A stretch of 63,875 bases of DNA, counting the filler, from Globobulimina sp. (Eukaryota): assembly GCA_003354225.1 (NCBI GenBank). It is 50 parts of 50 records of this genome, joined end to end, with 100 filler letters (N's around TTAATTAATTAA, not from the genome) between each part and the next. Parts side by side here need not be neighbours in the genome. Positions count along the whole stretch, not along the records: positions 33,280 to 34,458 come from PIVH01021550.1; positions 34,559 to 35,737 come from PIVH01021551.1; positions 35,838 to 37,016 come from PIVH01021552.1; positions 37,117 to 38,295 come from PIVH01021553.1; positions 38,396 to 39,574 come from PIVH01021554.1; positions 39,675 to 40,853 come from PIVH01021555.1; positions 40,954 to 42,132 come from PIVH01021556.1; positions 42,233 to 43,411 come from PIVH01021557.1; 42 more parts are not named here. The stretch is one strand, 5' to 3'. The position numbers were made by a program, and so were the translations under genes. The notes beneath the pieces were generated by a model. That model searched no databases. It saw nothing but the letters and a program-made list of their open reading frames with translations, and was not told the DNA's origin. Of this stretch, positions 34,142-46,239 are shown in pieces; position 1 is the stretch's first letter, and every line of letters begins with the position of its first letter.

Positions 34142-34730
34142 ATTTATATGCATATTTTTTGTAAAATTAACCCGTAATCTCCAAATACGGCTATACAACA
34201 TTTTAATTTTGTATTTGTGACGGTATTCTTTTGTATATGTGCAGAATTTCGCAGAGATAACTTCATTCTTTTTTTTTACACACAGTTAACTTTTTAGGTT
34301 CACACTTCTAAACACTTCTTTTGTGATTGACTAAGTTTTTTAAAGTTTTTTGCAGGATCGGGTCGCTGCCCCTCAGGGAAAGTACTTTGTTCATTTCCCA
34401 TTTAATACCCAATCAATATTTTCCGCTTCAACAGTCGTATTTCTGAATCACGTCAACTNNNNNNNNNNNNNNNNNNNNNNNNNNNNNNNNNNNNNNNNNN
34501 NNTTAATTAATTAANNNNNNNNNNNNNNNNNNNNNNNNNNNNNNNNNNNNNNNNNNNNAACAATTTGTTATATACATTTGGCGAATTTGAAAAACACTTT
34601 TTTAAGATTGGTTTGGAAGCATTGATTTCTTCGCCTTCTTTATCATTATCTTGTGTGAAGTTTGCAAACTGAGCTGCCATGTAATGGTGGCTGGAAAAAA
34701 AACTTGTACTTATACTACTTGTAGCCGACC

Positions 34731-35737
34731 ATGAAATTTAGTATTAGTTGTATTTCTTTTTGTTATTGCGTGGTATTATATTTTTATTTCATCAGTGGAT
34801 TTGAAATTGTAAGCGATAGTTTGCAACCAATATGGGGCGCTCAATCAGCGACTACTTCCATAGACCCAGACAGCTTCACAACTATCTCAGCAATAACCAT
34901 CACATTTATGCCAGTATTACATCATTATCGATATCACGGCAATAACCCGAGACAGTTTATCTATTCATACGTAGCATTGGGTGCGGTATTTCTTGCTGTC
35001 ATGTTTCAAAGAAATAGCTTCCCCGCATTTGTAAATAAAGAATATGCGAAAGCGTTGTTGACGACAACATTTGTTTGCATCTTTGTATTTAAACAATTTG
35101 CTTTATTGGAAAAAGTAAATGAGGGACATTTATGGTTTGATGGTGCTTATAAAACAAAGACAGATATTTGTTGTGTTGACATCAAATATATGAAACACAT
35201 GAAATGGATAATGTATGTTTTATGCAATTTGTATATGTATGGATATTGTTTCGTATATTTACCTGAATGTAATAATCTTGAACTACAAGTAATTATGGAT
35301 AGGATGTTAATGATTGTAATGCCGAGTTCATTGTATTTATTGCCACGGAATATAAAATATGATTTATTTCATTATAAAAAGCAAATTATCTCAATCATTA
35401 TGAGTCAGTTAATCACCCATTTATGGACTGTATTATGGTCCTTTTTTAATTTAAAATATTATATTTTGGATGTCAAAATATTATATCTTAGCATCATTGC
35501 AATAATTATTTCCTGTACGGTGTTGCCAATGTTATTGGACAAATGTAAACAATTTAAATTTAACCGTAAATCGTGTAAATTATGTTGGTGGCAATATGCA
35601 TTGATAAATAATAATAATTTTGAAAACTTTTATTTATATTTGGCATCGTCCAAAACCGCGCAACATTTATTATTTATGATCGAGATCATGCAGTATAAAC
35701 ATTGTATTATCAATAAATTGAATATGACAGAATGTGG
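34731..35737 (+). CDS. Multi-pass (7TM-like) RGS protein, 3' truncated
   Basis: A series of TM helices followed by ALINNNNFENFYLYLASSKTAQHLLFMIEIMQYK (RGS helices 2-4). Confidence 0.75.
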
Positions 35738-35837
35738 NNNNNNNNNNNNNNNNNNNNNNNNNNNNNNNNNNNNNNNNNNNNTTAATTAATTAANNNNNNN
35801 NNNNNNNNNNNNNNNNNNNNNNNNNNNNNNNNNNNNN

Positions 35838-36823
35838 GACATTAAGCGGAATTGCTGGCTTTCAAATGTTTTACAACATGAAATGCAGAGAAATATCACT
35901 GATTTTGCAGTTAAATATTTATTTTTCCGAATGCTACTAAAGTCGAAACAGCATTTTTATGTTTTTTTTTGTATTTTGTCAAGTTTTGTCGATTGGGCAT
36001 AAACATGGCTGTTATTTGTGGAAAAGGTGTGTTTTTATGGAATTTGAGGTCGAAAAGAGGTGAATTAATCAGAGGATCATATGAGAGAGTAAAATATAGT
36101 CCGGATTCAAAGTATATTGCTGTCTATAACGTAAATGGCAAATTCGCAGACATTTATGATGTATACTCAAATAAAATGGTTTATCGACATCAAATGTTTT
36201 ATAACATCGTAGATATTGAATGGATATCGTCAACAAAATCAAATAAATATTATCCCGCGAGGTTATTATTTGTAACTAATTCTTCATACTTATTTTTATT
36301 AAATATGACATCGTTTGAAATGGAAACTTTTCAATGTAAGGAGGCAAAGAGTCAGGTGACGCATATCTGTGTTTCGAAAAATGGAAATGGTATAATTGCA
36401 ATCACAGCCAATCGCTATTTATATTATATTTCCTTAAAACAATTCTCTGAACCATCACTTTTAGCTGATTTATATTTGGATTTTAGTGATGAGGAAAAAG
36501 AGGAAAACGAAGAGAAAATTGCAGATAAAAAATATTTGGTCCATTCAGTTAAATGGAGTCAATGTGACCGGAGAATTGCTATAATTTATAAGGAAGATGA
36601 TGGTAAAAATAATATTGCTCGATTTGTAAGTATTTGGGCTTATGATTTTTCAACTTTATATAAATTGGGTTTTATCACTAATCCGCATAACAAGACATTT
36701 CCACTACATCTTACATTTAGGGATCATTTTAATTTTGGTGCCTTGCTATCAATATGTTGGAGTAATGCAATTATATCGCAACATCATTTATGTTTTAATA
36801 AAAGCAATCAGCTTTCGTTTTGA
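35838..36823 (+). CDS. AAAS: Aladin-like WD40 nucleoporin, C-terminal part (intron 35910-35983)
   Basis: LQHEMQRNITDFA|FCRLGINMAVICGKGVFLW and the C-terminal TFRDHFNFGALLSICWSNAII...LCF match conserved Aladin segments. Confidence 0.65.
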
Positions 36824-37116
36824 TTTAACTTAATAACGTTTTCTGTGCTTTTTATATTTACGCGATTTCTTAGGGAGGATTTTTTCAGATTTTGAAGTTT
36901 TCTTGAATAATTATTTAATAACTCTTGCAATCTTGTAATCTTTTTGCAAATAATAGCATATAGACAGCTATAATTCATATGTAAACAGCTGCAAAGGATA
37001 TGTTTAGAATTATGAANNNNNNNNNNNNNNNNNNNNNNNNNNNNNNNNNNNNNNNNNNNNTTAATTAATTAANNNNNNNNNNNNNNNNNNNNNNNNNNNN
37101 NNNNNNNNNNNNNNNN

Positions 37117-38295
37117 GAAAATATCCGTCGCTAAGACACAGAATGAATACAACAAAATAGACAACATTTTGAACGAAACAAGGCGAGAAATGAATGATAT
37201 TAAATTGAAAAACAATGAATTTTCGAGTATGATTGATTCAAAAAATAAAAGAATTTTGGAGTTTGAGAGTGAGATTAAACAGAAAACGACAAACAATCAG
37301 GATATTATTTGTCAGTATAAACAGAAGATAAATGCATTGAACATAGAGAATAGGAACAAAACGAATGAATTAATTCAAGTAAATACGCATAAAAATCAAC
37401 AAATACACTCAATGAAACAAACAAAAGATTTAATGACAAAACAAATGGAACAAAAAGAAAAGGAATATAATGAGTTACAAATAAAAATGAAGCAATGTGT
37501 AAATAAACTAACAGATGAAAATGATAAAATAAACCAAGAATTGATAGACAACAATGACAAAAATATAAAAATAATGGAAACGCATTTCATTCAATTCAAA
37601 CAAGTCAGGTTAAATATTTTTATTTTTTATATATACATAATTATAAACAAACACTTAATTTGCATTTAATTTTGTAATTTAGCAATGATTTGAATGTTAA
37701 AAAGGAAGAATTAAAATGTTTGCAATGGGAATACAAGTATTCAAGGCAGAAAGTAACGAAATTAGAAGCAACATTAATTGAAACAAAACAAGAAATGAAA
37801 AAAGAAACTGATAAATTAATTAAAGCGAATGATGTTAAATGTGACGCATTGTACGAGAACGGAGAGAGACTCAGATTGAAAGATGAAGAATTAAATGAAT
37901 ATAAATTAAAATATAAAGAGGTTGAAATAAAATGTAATTATCTATCTCAAAAATATTCGGATTTATTAATTAATTTTGAGGAAATAAAACATTTGAAATA
38001 TGAGATAAATGAAGAAAATGAGATCGTTAATGAACAATTATCAGATATTAGAAACGAAAAAAACGAGCTGGAAGAAAGAATAAATAAATTAAATGAGGAA
38101 AATGAGCAGTTATATCAAGAAAATATCAATAAAAACGATGAAATGCAAGAAATAAAAGAAAATATTAATAAGTTAGACATAAATAATAATGCATTGATGG
38201 AAGAAAATAAGGAAATAAATAAAGAAACCAATCAAATAAAACAGAAATACGATTTGTTGCATAACGATTATGAAATATTACAAAATAAATATTAT
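37117..38295 (+). CDS. Internal fragment of a long coiled-coil protein (intron 37609-37682)
   Basis: E/K/N heptads; a 74-nt GTTAAA..TAG intron joins the two ORFs in frame. Confidence 0.8.
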
Positions 38296-38395
38296 NNNNN
38301 NNNNNNNNNNNNNNNNNNNNNNNNNNNNNNNNNNNNNNNTTAATTAATTAANNNNNNNNNNNNNNNNNNNNNNNNNNNNNNNNNNNNNNNNNNNN

Positions 38396-38485
38396 CGTTG
38401 GTGGCTTCGGTGTTGAAATGGAATTCATTGAGTCTGTGTCGGTCTCGGTCTCATCTCCGTTATCTTGTGATTTGACACAACCCAT
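38396..38485 (-). CDS. N-terminus of a probably myristoylated/palmitoylated protein
   Basis: MGCVKSQDNGDETETDTDSMNS... carries an MGCxxS dual-acylation motif and runs to the contig edge. Confidence 0.55.
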
Positions 38486-38617
38486 TTACAACGTAGTGGA
38501 CGTACAATCTTTAATTATAAAAAAATATATGTTTTGCAATATCAAAATGATGCCATGATTCCTGTTTCGAACCTTGTACTTTTTAAGTTTTTTGACGATT
38601 ACACCAAGAGTTTTTGA

Positions 38618-39322
38618 ATGGAGGATCTTTGGGCAGATTCACCTAAACACGATACTTTTTTAGCAGCCTGTTGTAATTTACATTCAATCAAACAAAATGG
38701 GTTACTATTTTTGCATGGCTTCGTTAATCATGAAATAAAAGATAATAATCTGTATAAAATAGTTCCATCATCAATTATTGAATTGATTTTGATGGTATTT
38801 TGTTACGATTTTTTGAAGTTGGTAAGAATGAGTAATAAAAACACAAGCGATGAATGGTGTGCGCGTAGGAAATCTTATGAAATGGGTAAAGCCCAAATCC
38901 TTTCCAAAATTGCCAAATTCGAAGAAAGTCATGCTTGGGAATCAAAAACCATCGTTGATATTTTCACAATGAGAAGAGTCTGGAGATTAAAAATAATAAA
39001 ATCTAACATTGCAACATATGCATCATTTGAATTTAAAATTGCAATTACTAACAATCAGGATTTAACAGGAAACTACGAAATTGACATTTCAAATGGCAGT
39101 GTTGAATCAAGTGGCATAAAAATAAACAATTATGATATCATATCAGTTGTTTATGTTCAACGTGAAAGGATCAGTAACTATCAATGGAATGGAAGAATAC
39201 GATTCTATGTAAATGATATATTGTGTCCAATTCAGTATGATACGGATGCAATGTTTTTCAGTGATAGCTATAAACTCGTTGTTAAATTGTATGATTTTGT
39301 TCAAATTGAAATGGTGGATTAA
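38618..39322 (+). CDS. Short helical module + SPRY/B30.2-like beta domain protein
   Basis: LFLHGFV...IVPSSIIELILMVF, then WRLKII...IAIT...KINNYDIISV...IRFYVND...YKLVV, a SPRY-like strand pattern. Confidence 0.6.
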   Translation: MEDLWADSPKHDTFLAACCNLHSIKQNGLLFLHGFVNHEIKDNNLYKIVPSSIIELILMVFCYDFLKLVRMSNKNTSDEWCARRKSYEMGKAQILSKIAKFEESHAWESKTIVDIFTMRRVWRLKIIKSNIATYASFEFKIAITNNQDLTGNYEIDISNGSVESSGIKINNYDIISVVYVQRERISNYQWNGRIRFYVNDILCPIQYDTDAMFFSDSYKLVVKLYDFVQIEMVD

Positions 39323-39712
39323 CATTTGCGCAAATTAAGGTTTTAAAATTACACACATTTTAATTGTCAAGTCACAGACACGCGTGTAATAAACATACAA
39401 ATCCGTGTAAAATAACCGAGATTTCAAAACATATCGAATATAGAAACATTAGTTAACAAATCACACTCTTATTAGTTTTGTTGCAATTGCATGACATCCA
39501 TAGCAATATCATCGAGCCACGCATGTTCATATTGTTGACAAACATTTGCGATTTTCATCAGATTTGGTATATGANNNNNNNNNNNNNNNNNNNNNNNNNN
39601 NNNNNNNNNNNNNNNNNNTTAATTAATTAANNNNNNNNNNNNNNNNNNNNNNNNNNNNNNNNNNNNNNNNNNNNTAAAGATGCGTGCTGAAAGGTTAGAC
39701 GGAGATAAGTAA

Positions 39713-40489
39713 ATGGCTACGCCTCGCGTACCAAGGTCAGTAGACGGCGAAGTAATTAACGACACTGGTCTGTTAATTGCGATGGGCTGCTTTGAGGGAG
39801 TAGAGTCACACAACCTGTTCGGTTCGGTTGTAGACGCTACTCAGGACGTAACCGTAGACGTATGGGATGCTGGCGGTACGGATAAAATACGACCTCTTTG
39901 GAGACACTATTATAAAAATACAGATTGTATAATTTGGGTTATTGACAGTAATGACAGAGAAACAATTCGGTCTGGAAGTGACACTCAAAAAAGATACAGC
40001 AAAAATTCATCATATGGTGAATTACATCGTTTACTTTCTGAAAAGGAGTTAAATTCTATCATTGTTTTAATTTTTGCCAATAAAAATGATATAAAAACTG
40101 CAATGAATATGGAGGAAATTGCAGAAATAATGGAATTAAATAAAATAAAAATGGAATGGATGATTTATTCAGTTTCTGCGTTGACGAACGGGGATGATTT
40201 ATTTGATGGAATTGATTGGATAAACTATAAATTATCAAACAAAAACGATTCAAAATGGATTGAAAAGCATAAGAATGATGAATATGTGAAATGGATGAGC
40301 TCAAACAGTGATGCGTTTATATTGAAAATGGAAAATAAGAAAAAAAGCATTTTGTTGATATCTGGATGGATTAGAAATGTTGCAATAGCCAATCAATTGC
40401 AAATATCATGTGATTTAACAAAAATGATACATCAATTTCATCAGGATCTACGCTATGAATATGATCACAAATATGTATTTTATGGGTGA
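39713..40489 (+). CDS. Chimeric ORF: phage-like N-terminus fused to the C-terminal two-thirds of an Arf/Arl GTPase
   Basis: WDAGGTDKIRPLWRHYY, IWVIDSND, LIFANKND and VSALTNG are Arf G3-G5 regions. There is no P-loop. The first ~50 aa are GC-richer and preceded by GGAG and TAAATG. Confidence 0.75.
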   Translation: MATPRVPRSVDGEVINDTGLLIAMGCFEGVESHNLFGSVVDATQDVTVDVWDAGGTDKIRPLWRHYYKNTDCIIWVIDSNDRETIRSGSDTQKRYSKNSSYGELHRLLSEKELNSIIVLIFANKNDIKTAMNMEEIAEIMELNKIKMEWMIYSVSALTNGDDLFDGIDWINYKLSNKNDSKWIEKHKNDEYVKWMSSNSDAFILKMENKKKSILLISGWIRNVAIANQLQISCDLTKMIHQFHQDLRYEYDHKYVFYG

Positions 40490-41540
40490 CCAATGCAATT
40501 AATATATATTCGATTTTAGGTCATTAGATGCATAGACAGAACAGTACAGAGCTAATAAGAGTAGAGAAGAAAACCATTTCTTCAATAATCGATGACTGAT
40601 ATCTCTGACAAATAACAGTTTTGTGTTTTCCTTAAAATCTAATAATGTACAGAGTTGAGCGCCGAATGAGCGCCGAAGGAGCCAAGTTTGTGATGATAAA
40701 GGATTTTTGTAAGGCGATAATTGATGCAATTGAAGTTTTTATTCGTGAAATTTCTGTTAAATTTATGGCATTATGTATTGCATTACTAAATTATCAACAA
40801 AAAAAAGAATTCGATTTACAACGAGTTATATCATTATTGGCAATATTATATGTNNNNNNNNNNNNNNNNNNNNNNNNNNNNNNNNNNNNNNNNNNNNTTA
40901 ATTAATTAANNNNNNNNNNNNNNNNNNNNNNNNNNNNNNNNNNNNNNNNNNNNCCAAAACCACCCAATGAATATGTATATTAATTCCCAATCAAATTAAT
41001 TATGCTTACCAATGTATTCTATAACAATAATAATATGTGTATATATATCGTCAAAGTTAAAACAGAGACCAAACATCATGTCTCCCTTTACTTGACAAAA
41101 GCTGCTGCAAAATAAAATTGTTTTAAACTGGTGCGCATAGCTTTGTTTATTCAATAACATATTATTTTACCCAAAACAAACAAAATCAAACGTTTAATAA
41201 CAGCTTTTCAAAAAAAATGAAAATTTGCCAATTTCTAACTTTGTCAAATCGAAGAGTTGATTTCTTTCCTTTTAGAACCTATCTGATTGGCACAATACAA
41301 CAAAGCAAAAGGCAAGCAAAATGACGAAAGAGTTAGTGTGCTGATCCCTAGATTACTAGGTCATCTAATACTAGGTCAACTTCGAAAACTAGGTTGAAAA
41401 CCCTAGCTAACCCAAAAACTTTGCTAATCGTTGAAATGAAACGAAACGAAACTAAGCCAAAAAAGTTGGAAGTATCAAGACACCTAAAAAGAATATTATA
41501 TTACTATTGATTTATACAATAAATTATATTAAGGATTCGG

Positions 41541-42132
41541 TTAATGTCCTTCTGAGAGTTTAGTTTGTTTTGCTTTTCGTTTATTTGTTAAAAATAGAAT
41601 CTCTTTCTTATATTTTGCGATTTCGCCATTTGACCACGTCATTAAGTCCACTTTGGATTTCCTTAATCGCTGATTCTCTGCTCTTAAATCTTCGATTTGT
41701 CCTTCAAGCTCCAAATTATGTTTGCGCTCTTTGTTCAATTTTGATTGCATCGCATTGATCATTGCTTGATATCGACCATAAACATTGCTGTTGCTGTTGC
41801 TCTCCACTATGGCTTTATTATTATTATTATTGTTTATATTATTAATATTAATATTCGCTTTGTACGATAATGCAGTCTTGCTTTTAAATGATACATTTGA
41901 TAGACTCGAATAATTTGAATAATTTGAGATATGACTATTATGCTCATCACATTCTTGCAATTGACTTTCTTGCGTTTCTTCCTCATCCGGTTCTAAATCT
42001 GAGTCTGTATCTTCCTCATCATCCCAATTTATTTCATATTCTGCGCCTTTTGGCGTTGACGAGATGGAATACGACGACTTATTCTTTCGATTGACTTTTA
42101 AATCAAAATCCGGGAAATATTGCTTATATTTG
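41541..42132 (-). CDS. C-terminal fragment of a coiled-coil protein
   Basis: MQSKLNKERKHNLELEGQIEDLRAENQRLRKSKVDL heptads. Confidence 0.6.
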
Positions 42133-42554
42133 NNNNNNNNNNNNNNNNNNNNNNNNNNNNNNNNNNNNNNNNNNNNTTAATTAATTAANNNNNNNNNNNN
42201 NNNNNNNNNNNNNNNNNNNNNNNNNNNNNNNNTTGATCCATCCACTAGAAATATGATTGAATGATTATGTGCTTTGATAATATTGACTAAAAATGCGAAA
42301 ATAAGGAACGACACCATTGTTCAGGAACGTTTTCTAACTTATTTAGTGTATACCGAAAATTTGTGTTTTGTTTTGGACATTTACGATATTAATTACTCAC
42401 ACACTGTTATGGAGCATCACCAATCGATCTCAATATGAATATTGGATGCATTAAACTGCTATTAGGACTTCAAAAACTTACCTCACAAAAAAAAGGTGCA
42501 AAAAAAAAAGTGCAAAAAAAAAGTGCGAAAATAACTGCTATACAGTAATTGCTG

Positions 42555-43380
42555 TCAAACTCTTAATTGTCTTTTTTTATTCATTAATTTGCTCTCACTC
42601 TTAATTGTCTTCGTCGCAAAATATATACAGCATCGAAAGCATAATAAATGACAACATGGGCAACAATAAAAATATAAATGCTTTGCAAAGAACATCGAAA
42701 AATAAATGGAAATGTTCACTCCAATCATGCCAATCATTCTTAATCCATACACTAGCAATCCATGATAGTATGAATTTTCCCATGAATCATGCATTGAGAA
42801 ATAATCCAATCCATAAAAAGTTTGATTAAAAAGTATTGCAAATCCTCCTAAAATGGAATGCCTCGTTATAACCACAATAGTATTTAATTGATTTTCATCC
42901 AATTTGACAGTCAAACTGCTGCTTAGGACCTGCACCGATGAGCTAATAAGTGATGGCAACGTTTGGTCCCAATCATTTGGCTCTTCTTCGATTGCAGCAT
43001 TTGATAATACGTGTACTGTCACAAAAGAAGCATTTTTTGTGTTTTTGTTGGTTTTGGTGCTCGAGGCTTCTTTAAATTTTTTAAAATTTAGGTATTTTTG
43101 ATGCTTGTCGCGAGACATAACACTCATATTCACCACCAATTGATGCAATTTATAGGAAAATAATAGCAACATCGATACAGAAACAGTTAAATCATTGGCG
43201 ACTATTGCAATAACTAAGGGTCCCGTGTATTTATCAGCGATGGCTTCATCACTTTCAATTGCTACAAACACACAATATGCTACACTTAAAATGATAGATG
43301 TTGCAATTTGAAATAATACAAAAAAGATAGTGCATAGCGATAATGCTAAGTATGATTCTTTGACTGTATGTAGATTAATA
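42555..43380 (-). CDS. GPCR-like multi-pass membrane protein, C-terminal part
   Basis: TM helices, a long cytoplasmic loop and a final TM followed by the Cys-rich YFYCCPCCHLLC. Confidence 0.6.
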
Positions 43381-43513
43381 TAATAAATATATATATATAT
43401 CTGATTGACGANNNNNNNNNNNNNNNNNNNNNNNNNNNNNNNNNNNNNNNNNNNNTTAATTAATTAANNNNNNNNNNNNNNNNNNNNNNNNNNNNNNNNN
43501 NNNNNNNNNNNGA

Positions 43514-44616
43514 TGTCTCAACAAGAACAAGAAGAAGAAGAAGAAGAACAAATTGCGAAAATTGAGGCAGCATTAAAGCACAAAAATGTGTTTGCTTTGC
43601 GGAAATTATCACGAAAAGGATTTGTGAATAATTCTTTAAGGAAAATAGTGTGGCCTCTATTGTTAGGATGTGGCGATGAGAAAATGCAGTCGAAGTCGAA
43701 CTCGAATATGACTAGTAATGAGGATGAGAAAATGCATAATTATAACGAACAAATTGCCAAAGATACAGTGCGAAGCATGCATCATTTTGATATAACAAAG
43801 AATTATTCATTCAAACAACGAAAAGAAGAGCAAGACGCTTTGGAGAGAATATTGAATGGCATATTTTTCAATAATCGCAATTTGCATTACACGCAAGGTT
43901 TCCATGATATGTGTTCTGTTTTTTATATTGTGTGTGGCGAGGATTTGGGGCAGAAATTATCGGAAAACTTAGCAAAGCGACATATGCGGGACTTAGTGCG
44001 CGAAAATATGAATGTGTATGAATTTATTTTATCGCTCTTCTTCCCGTTATTAAGTTTGGTGGATGTTGAATTGTATAAAATTATTATTTCTCGCAACTTA
44101 TCATCGATGTTTGCATTGTCGTGGATATTGACGTGGTTTGCCCATAATATTGAGACTTTTGACGACATCGCGCGTTTATACGATTTCTTCCTCTCGACGC
44201 ACCCGTTGATGCCCTTGTATTTATCTGTTTGTCTGATGGCGCGCTGCAAAAACGAGCTATTGGAGCAAGCCCAAGAAAAAGAACAAGAATTAGACCAAGC
44301 TCATTTACATCAATTCTTTCAAGAATATGACTGGAACATCAATTATGATCTAATTATAAAACAATCCGATCATATCTTTGACAAATATCCGCCGCATGAT
44401 TTGCTTCGCTTTCATTTACCTCATAAGTTACCAAAAGATTCTCCATTTTTGGCCAAAAACATAAATGAAATTGAAAATATGAAATCTTTGTATTCCGGTT
44501 TCCATCTAAACTCAATTTGGTCTTATCAAAATCCACGATTTTGGAGATATATTGCCATTCCAATGTTAACTGCAATTCTCATTTTTCATGTCGCAAATTC
44601 ACATCTCACAAAATAA
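43514..44616 (+). CDS. TBC1D20: TBC-domain Rab GAP, TBC1D20/GYP8-like, with a C-terminal TM anchor
   Basis: GFVNNSLRKIVWPLLLG, QIAKDTVRS (R finger), YTQGFHD (Q finger), FALSWILTWFAH, RLYDFFLSTHPLMPLYLS; hydrophobic C-terminus. Confidence 0.88.
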
Positions 44617-44790
44617 TTTAATTTATAATTTTTATAATTAGTTAAACCCACTTTGACTTTTTAGGTTCACTTCTTTTGTGATTAGACTATNNNNNNNNNN
44701 NNNNNNNNNNNNNNNNNNNNNNNNNNNNNNNNNNTTAATTAATTAANNNNNNNNNNNNNNNNNNNNNNNNNNNNNNNNNNNNNNNNNNNN

Positions 44791-44976
44791 CGGATCAATG
44801 AAATAATCCATGGCAAAAGGAGTGTAACCGCAGATACGGCCCTCCGTCTTTCCACCTATTTCGGGAACTCCGCATCATTTTGGCTTGGGCTGCAGATGGA
44901 TTATGACCTTGATATAGCAGAAGATACGCTTTCGGGTAGAATTAAAGAAGAAGTCCAAAATATAGCTGTTGCATAA
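44791..44976 (+). CDS. higA: Bacterial HigA-family antitoxin, C-terminal part
   Basis: RINEIIHGKRSVTADTALRLSTYFGNSASFWLGLQMDYDL is the HigA HTH signature. Confidence 0.92.
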   Translation, partial: RINEIIHGKRSVTADTALRLSTYFGNSASFWLGLQMDYDLDIAEDTLSGRIKEEVQNIAVA

Positions 44977-45109
44977 CTCTGACTATCCATAGCCTTCACA
45001 TTGGCACAAAAAGCCGGACTACCTATTCCCAAGGCATCCGGATATCAACCGCATGTTAAAATTTAAAATTACAAATCTCAAATTACAAAACACGAAACAC
45101 GAAATACAT

Positions 45110-45469
45110 CTAACCCAACCGGATATCAACCTCCTTAAACCTGACGCCATTCTCAAAGCAAAAAGCCGAATTCCCGGATATTTCCCGGCACCAGACAATT
45201 TCACCTTTGCAGGCCCTGTATTCATCCTCAGCGCAAGAGTCTGGACCGGTATCTTTGATGCTAAATAATCCTGTCGGCAGGTCAGTGAGATCTGTCCAGG
45301 CAATGATAACACCTGCCCCCGGCTCAAGGGCATGGTTTGATAGAAAGGATATCCCCCCTGTGCTGTAATTGTTTGTTTCAGCACCAAAATAGCTGTCACT
45401 CGCTGCGGTTCCGACTTTATAGACAATCGGAACGTCATGATGATAGCGCTTGTGTGCTCTTTTTTCCAT
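45110..45469 (-). CDS. Bacterial PilZ-domain protein
   Basis: EKRAHKR (RxxxR), NYSTGGISF (D/NxSxGG), GEIVWCRE...GVRF. Confidence 0.9.
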   Translation of the reverse strand: MEKRAHKRYHHDVPIVYKVGTAASDSYFGAETNNYSTGGISFLSNHALEPGAGVIIAWTDLTDLPTGLFSIKDTGPDSCAEDEYRACKGEIVWCREISGNSAFCFENGVRFKEVDIRLG

Positions 45470-45514
45470 TTTTTTGGCCTGTAAGGGTTAATCCATTTAT
45501 ATCCATATAATCAC

Positions 45515-45537
45515 GTAGGGTCATACTACGACCCTAC
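45515..45537. repeat. GTAG-type REP-like hairpin
   Basis: GTAGGGTC-atactac-GACCCTAC, a perfect 8-bp stem in the intergenic space. Confidence 0.5.
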
Positions 45538-45562
45538 CTTATATCGCTGACCCAAATATCCC

Positions 45563-45967
45563 TTAAGGAACTTGACTAATACAATTCGTCAAAACAATCT
45601 CCGAAATTTCAACACACCCTTCATATGCACCCGAAGCCGAGCAAGGCACTATGCACGTGGGCATACATCCGATGCCAAATGGTCCTGGATTATTACTACA
45701 ACACTCAGCGTAAGTTGCATCGCAAACCGCGGTCATTGCATCATAAGTAGCTTGGCAACTCTGTAAGTTTTCGTTATAATCAATATTGCACTGTTCTAAT
45801 GTATTAGAGAAGCACTCATTGTCACAATCGTCATCATCGATCTCATTACCGTCATCACATTCTTCATCATTATTAACGATCCCGTCGCCACATCGTGGTT
45901 CAACTGTACAGTTGGCTGAACAGCCGTCCCCATCCTGCGTATTTCCAGACTCGCATTCATCCTTCGG
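45563..45967 (-). CDS. Myxococcus-type cysteine-rich repeat (DUF4215-like) protein, C-terminal part
   Basis: ECESGNTQDGDGCSANCTVEPRCGDGIVNNDEECDDGNEIDDDDCDNEC. The frame is open from the contig edge to TAA at 45565-45563 and is missing from the ORF track. Confidence 0.85.
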   Translation of the reverse strand, partial: PKDECESGNTQDGDGCSANCTVEPRCGDGIVNNDEECDDGNEIDDDDCDNECFSNTLEQCNIDYNENLQSCQATYDAMTAVCDATYAECCSNNPGPFGIGCMPTCIVPCSASGAYEGCVEISEIVLTNCISQVP

Positions 45968-46239
45968 ATNNNNNNNNNNNNNNNNNNNNNNNNNNNNNNN
46001 NNNNNNNNNNNNNTTAATTAATTAANNNNNNNNNNNNNNNNNNNNNNNNNNNNNNNNNNNNNNNNNNNNTATATACTTTATAATAGGACGAGTTAGAAAC
46101 ACTTGTTTCTGGAAAAATGAACCACTAACCACTTGATGATGGTTCTCATTGCGTCATTTACCAGCTGAACCCCTTATGTTGTTATCTTGTTTTGGTTCAG
46201 ATGTAAATAAATTAAACTCTACACTTGACTTTGGCAATG

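Noticed and set aside
45019..45438. Alternative ORFs overlapping the PilZ gene
   Set aside because: Shadow frames of the well-supported PilZ CDS. The same applies to most short antisense ORFs in the track.
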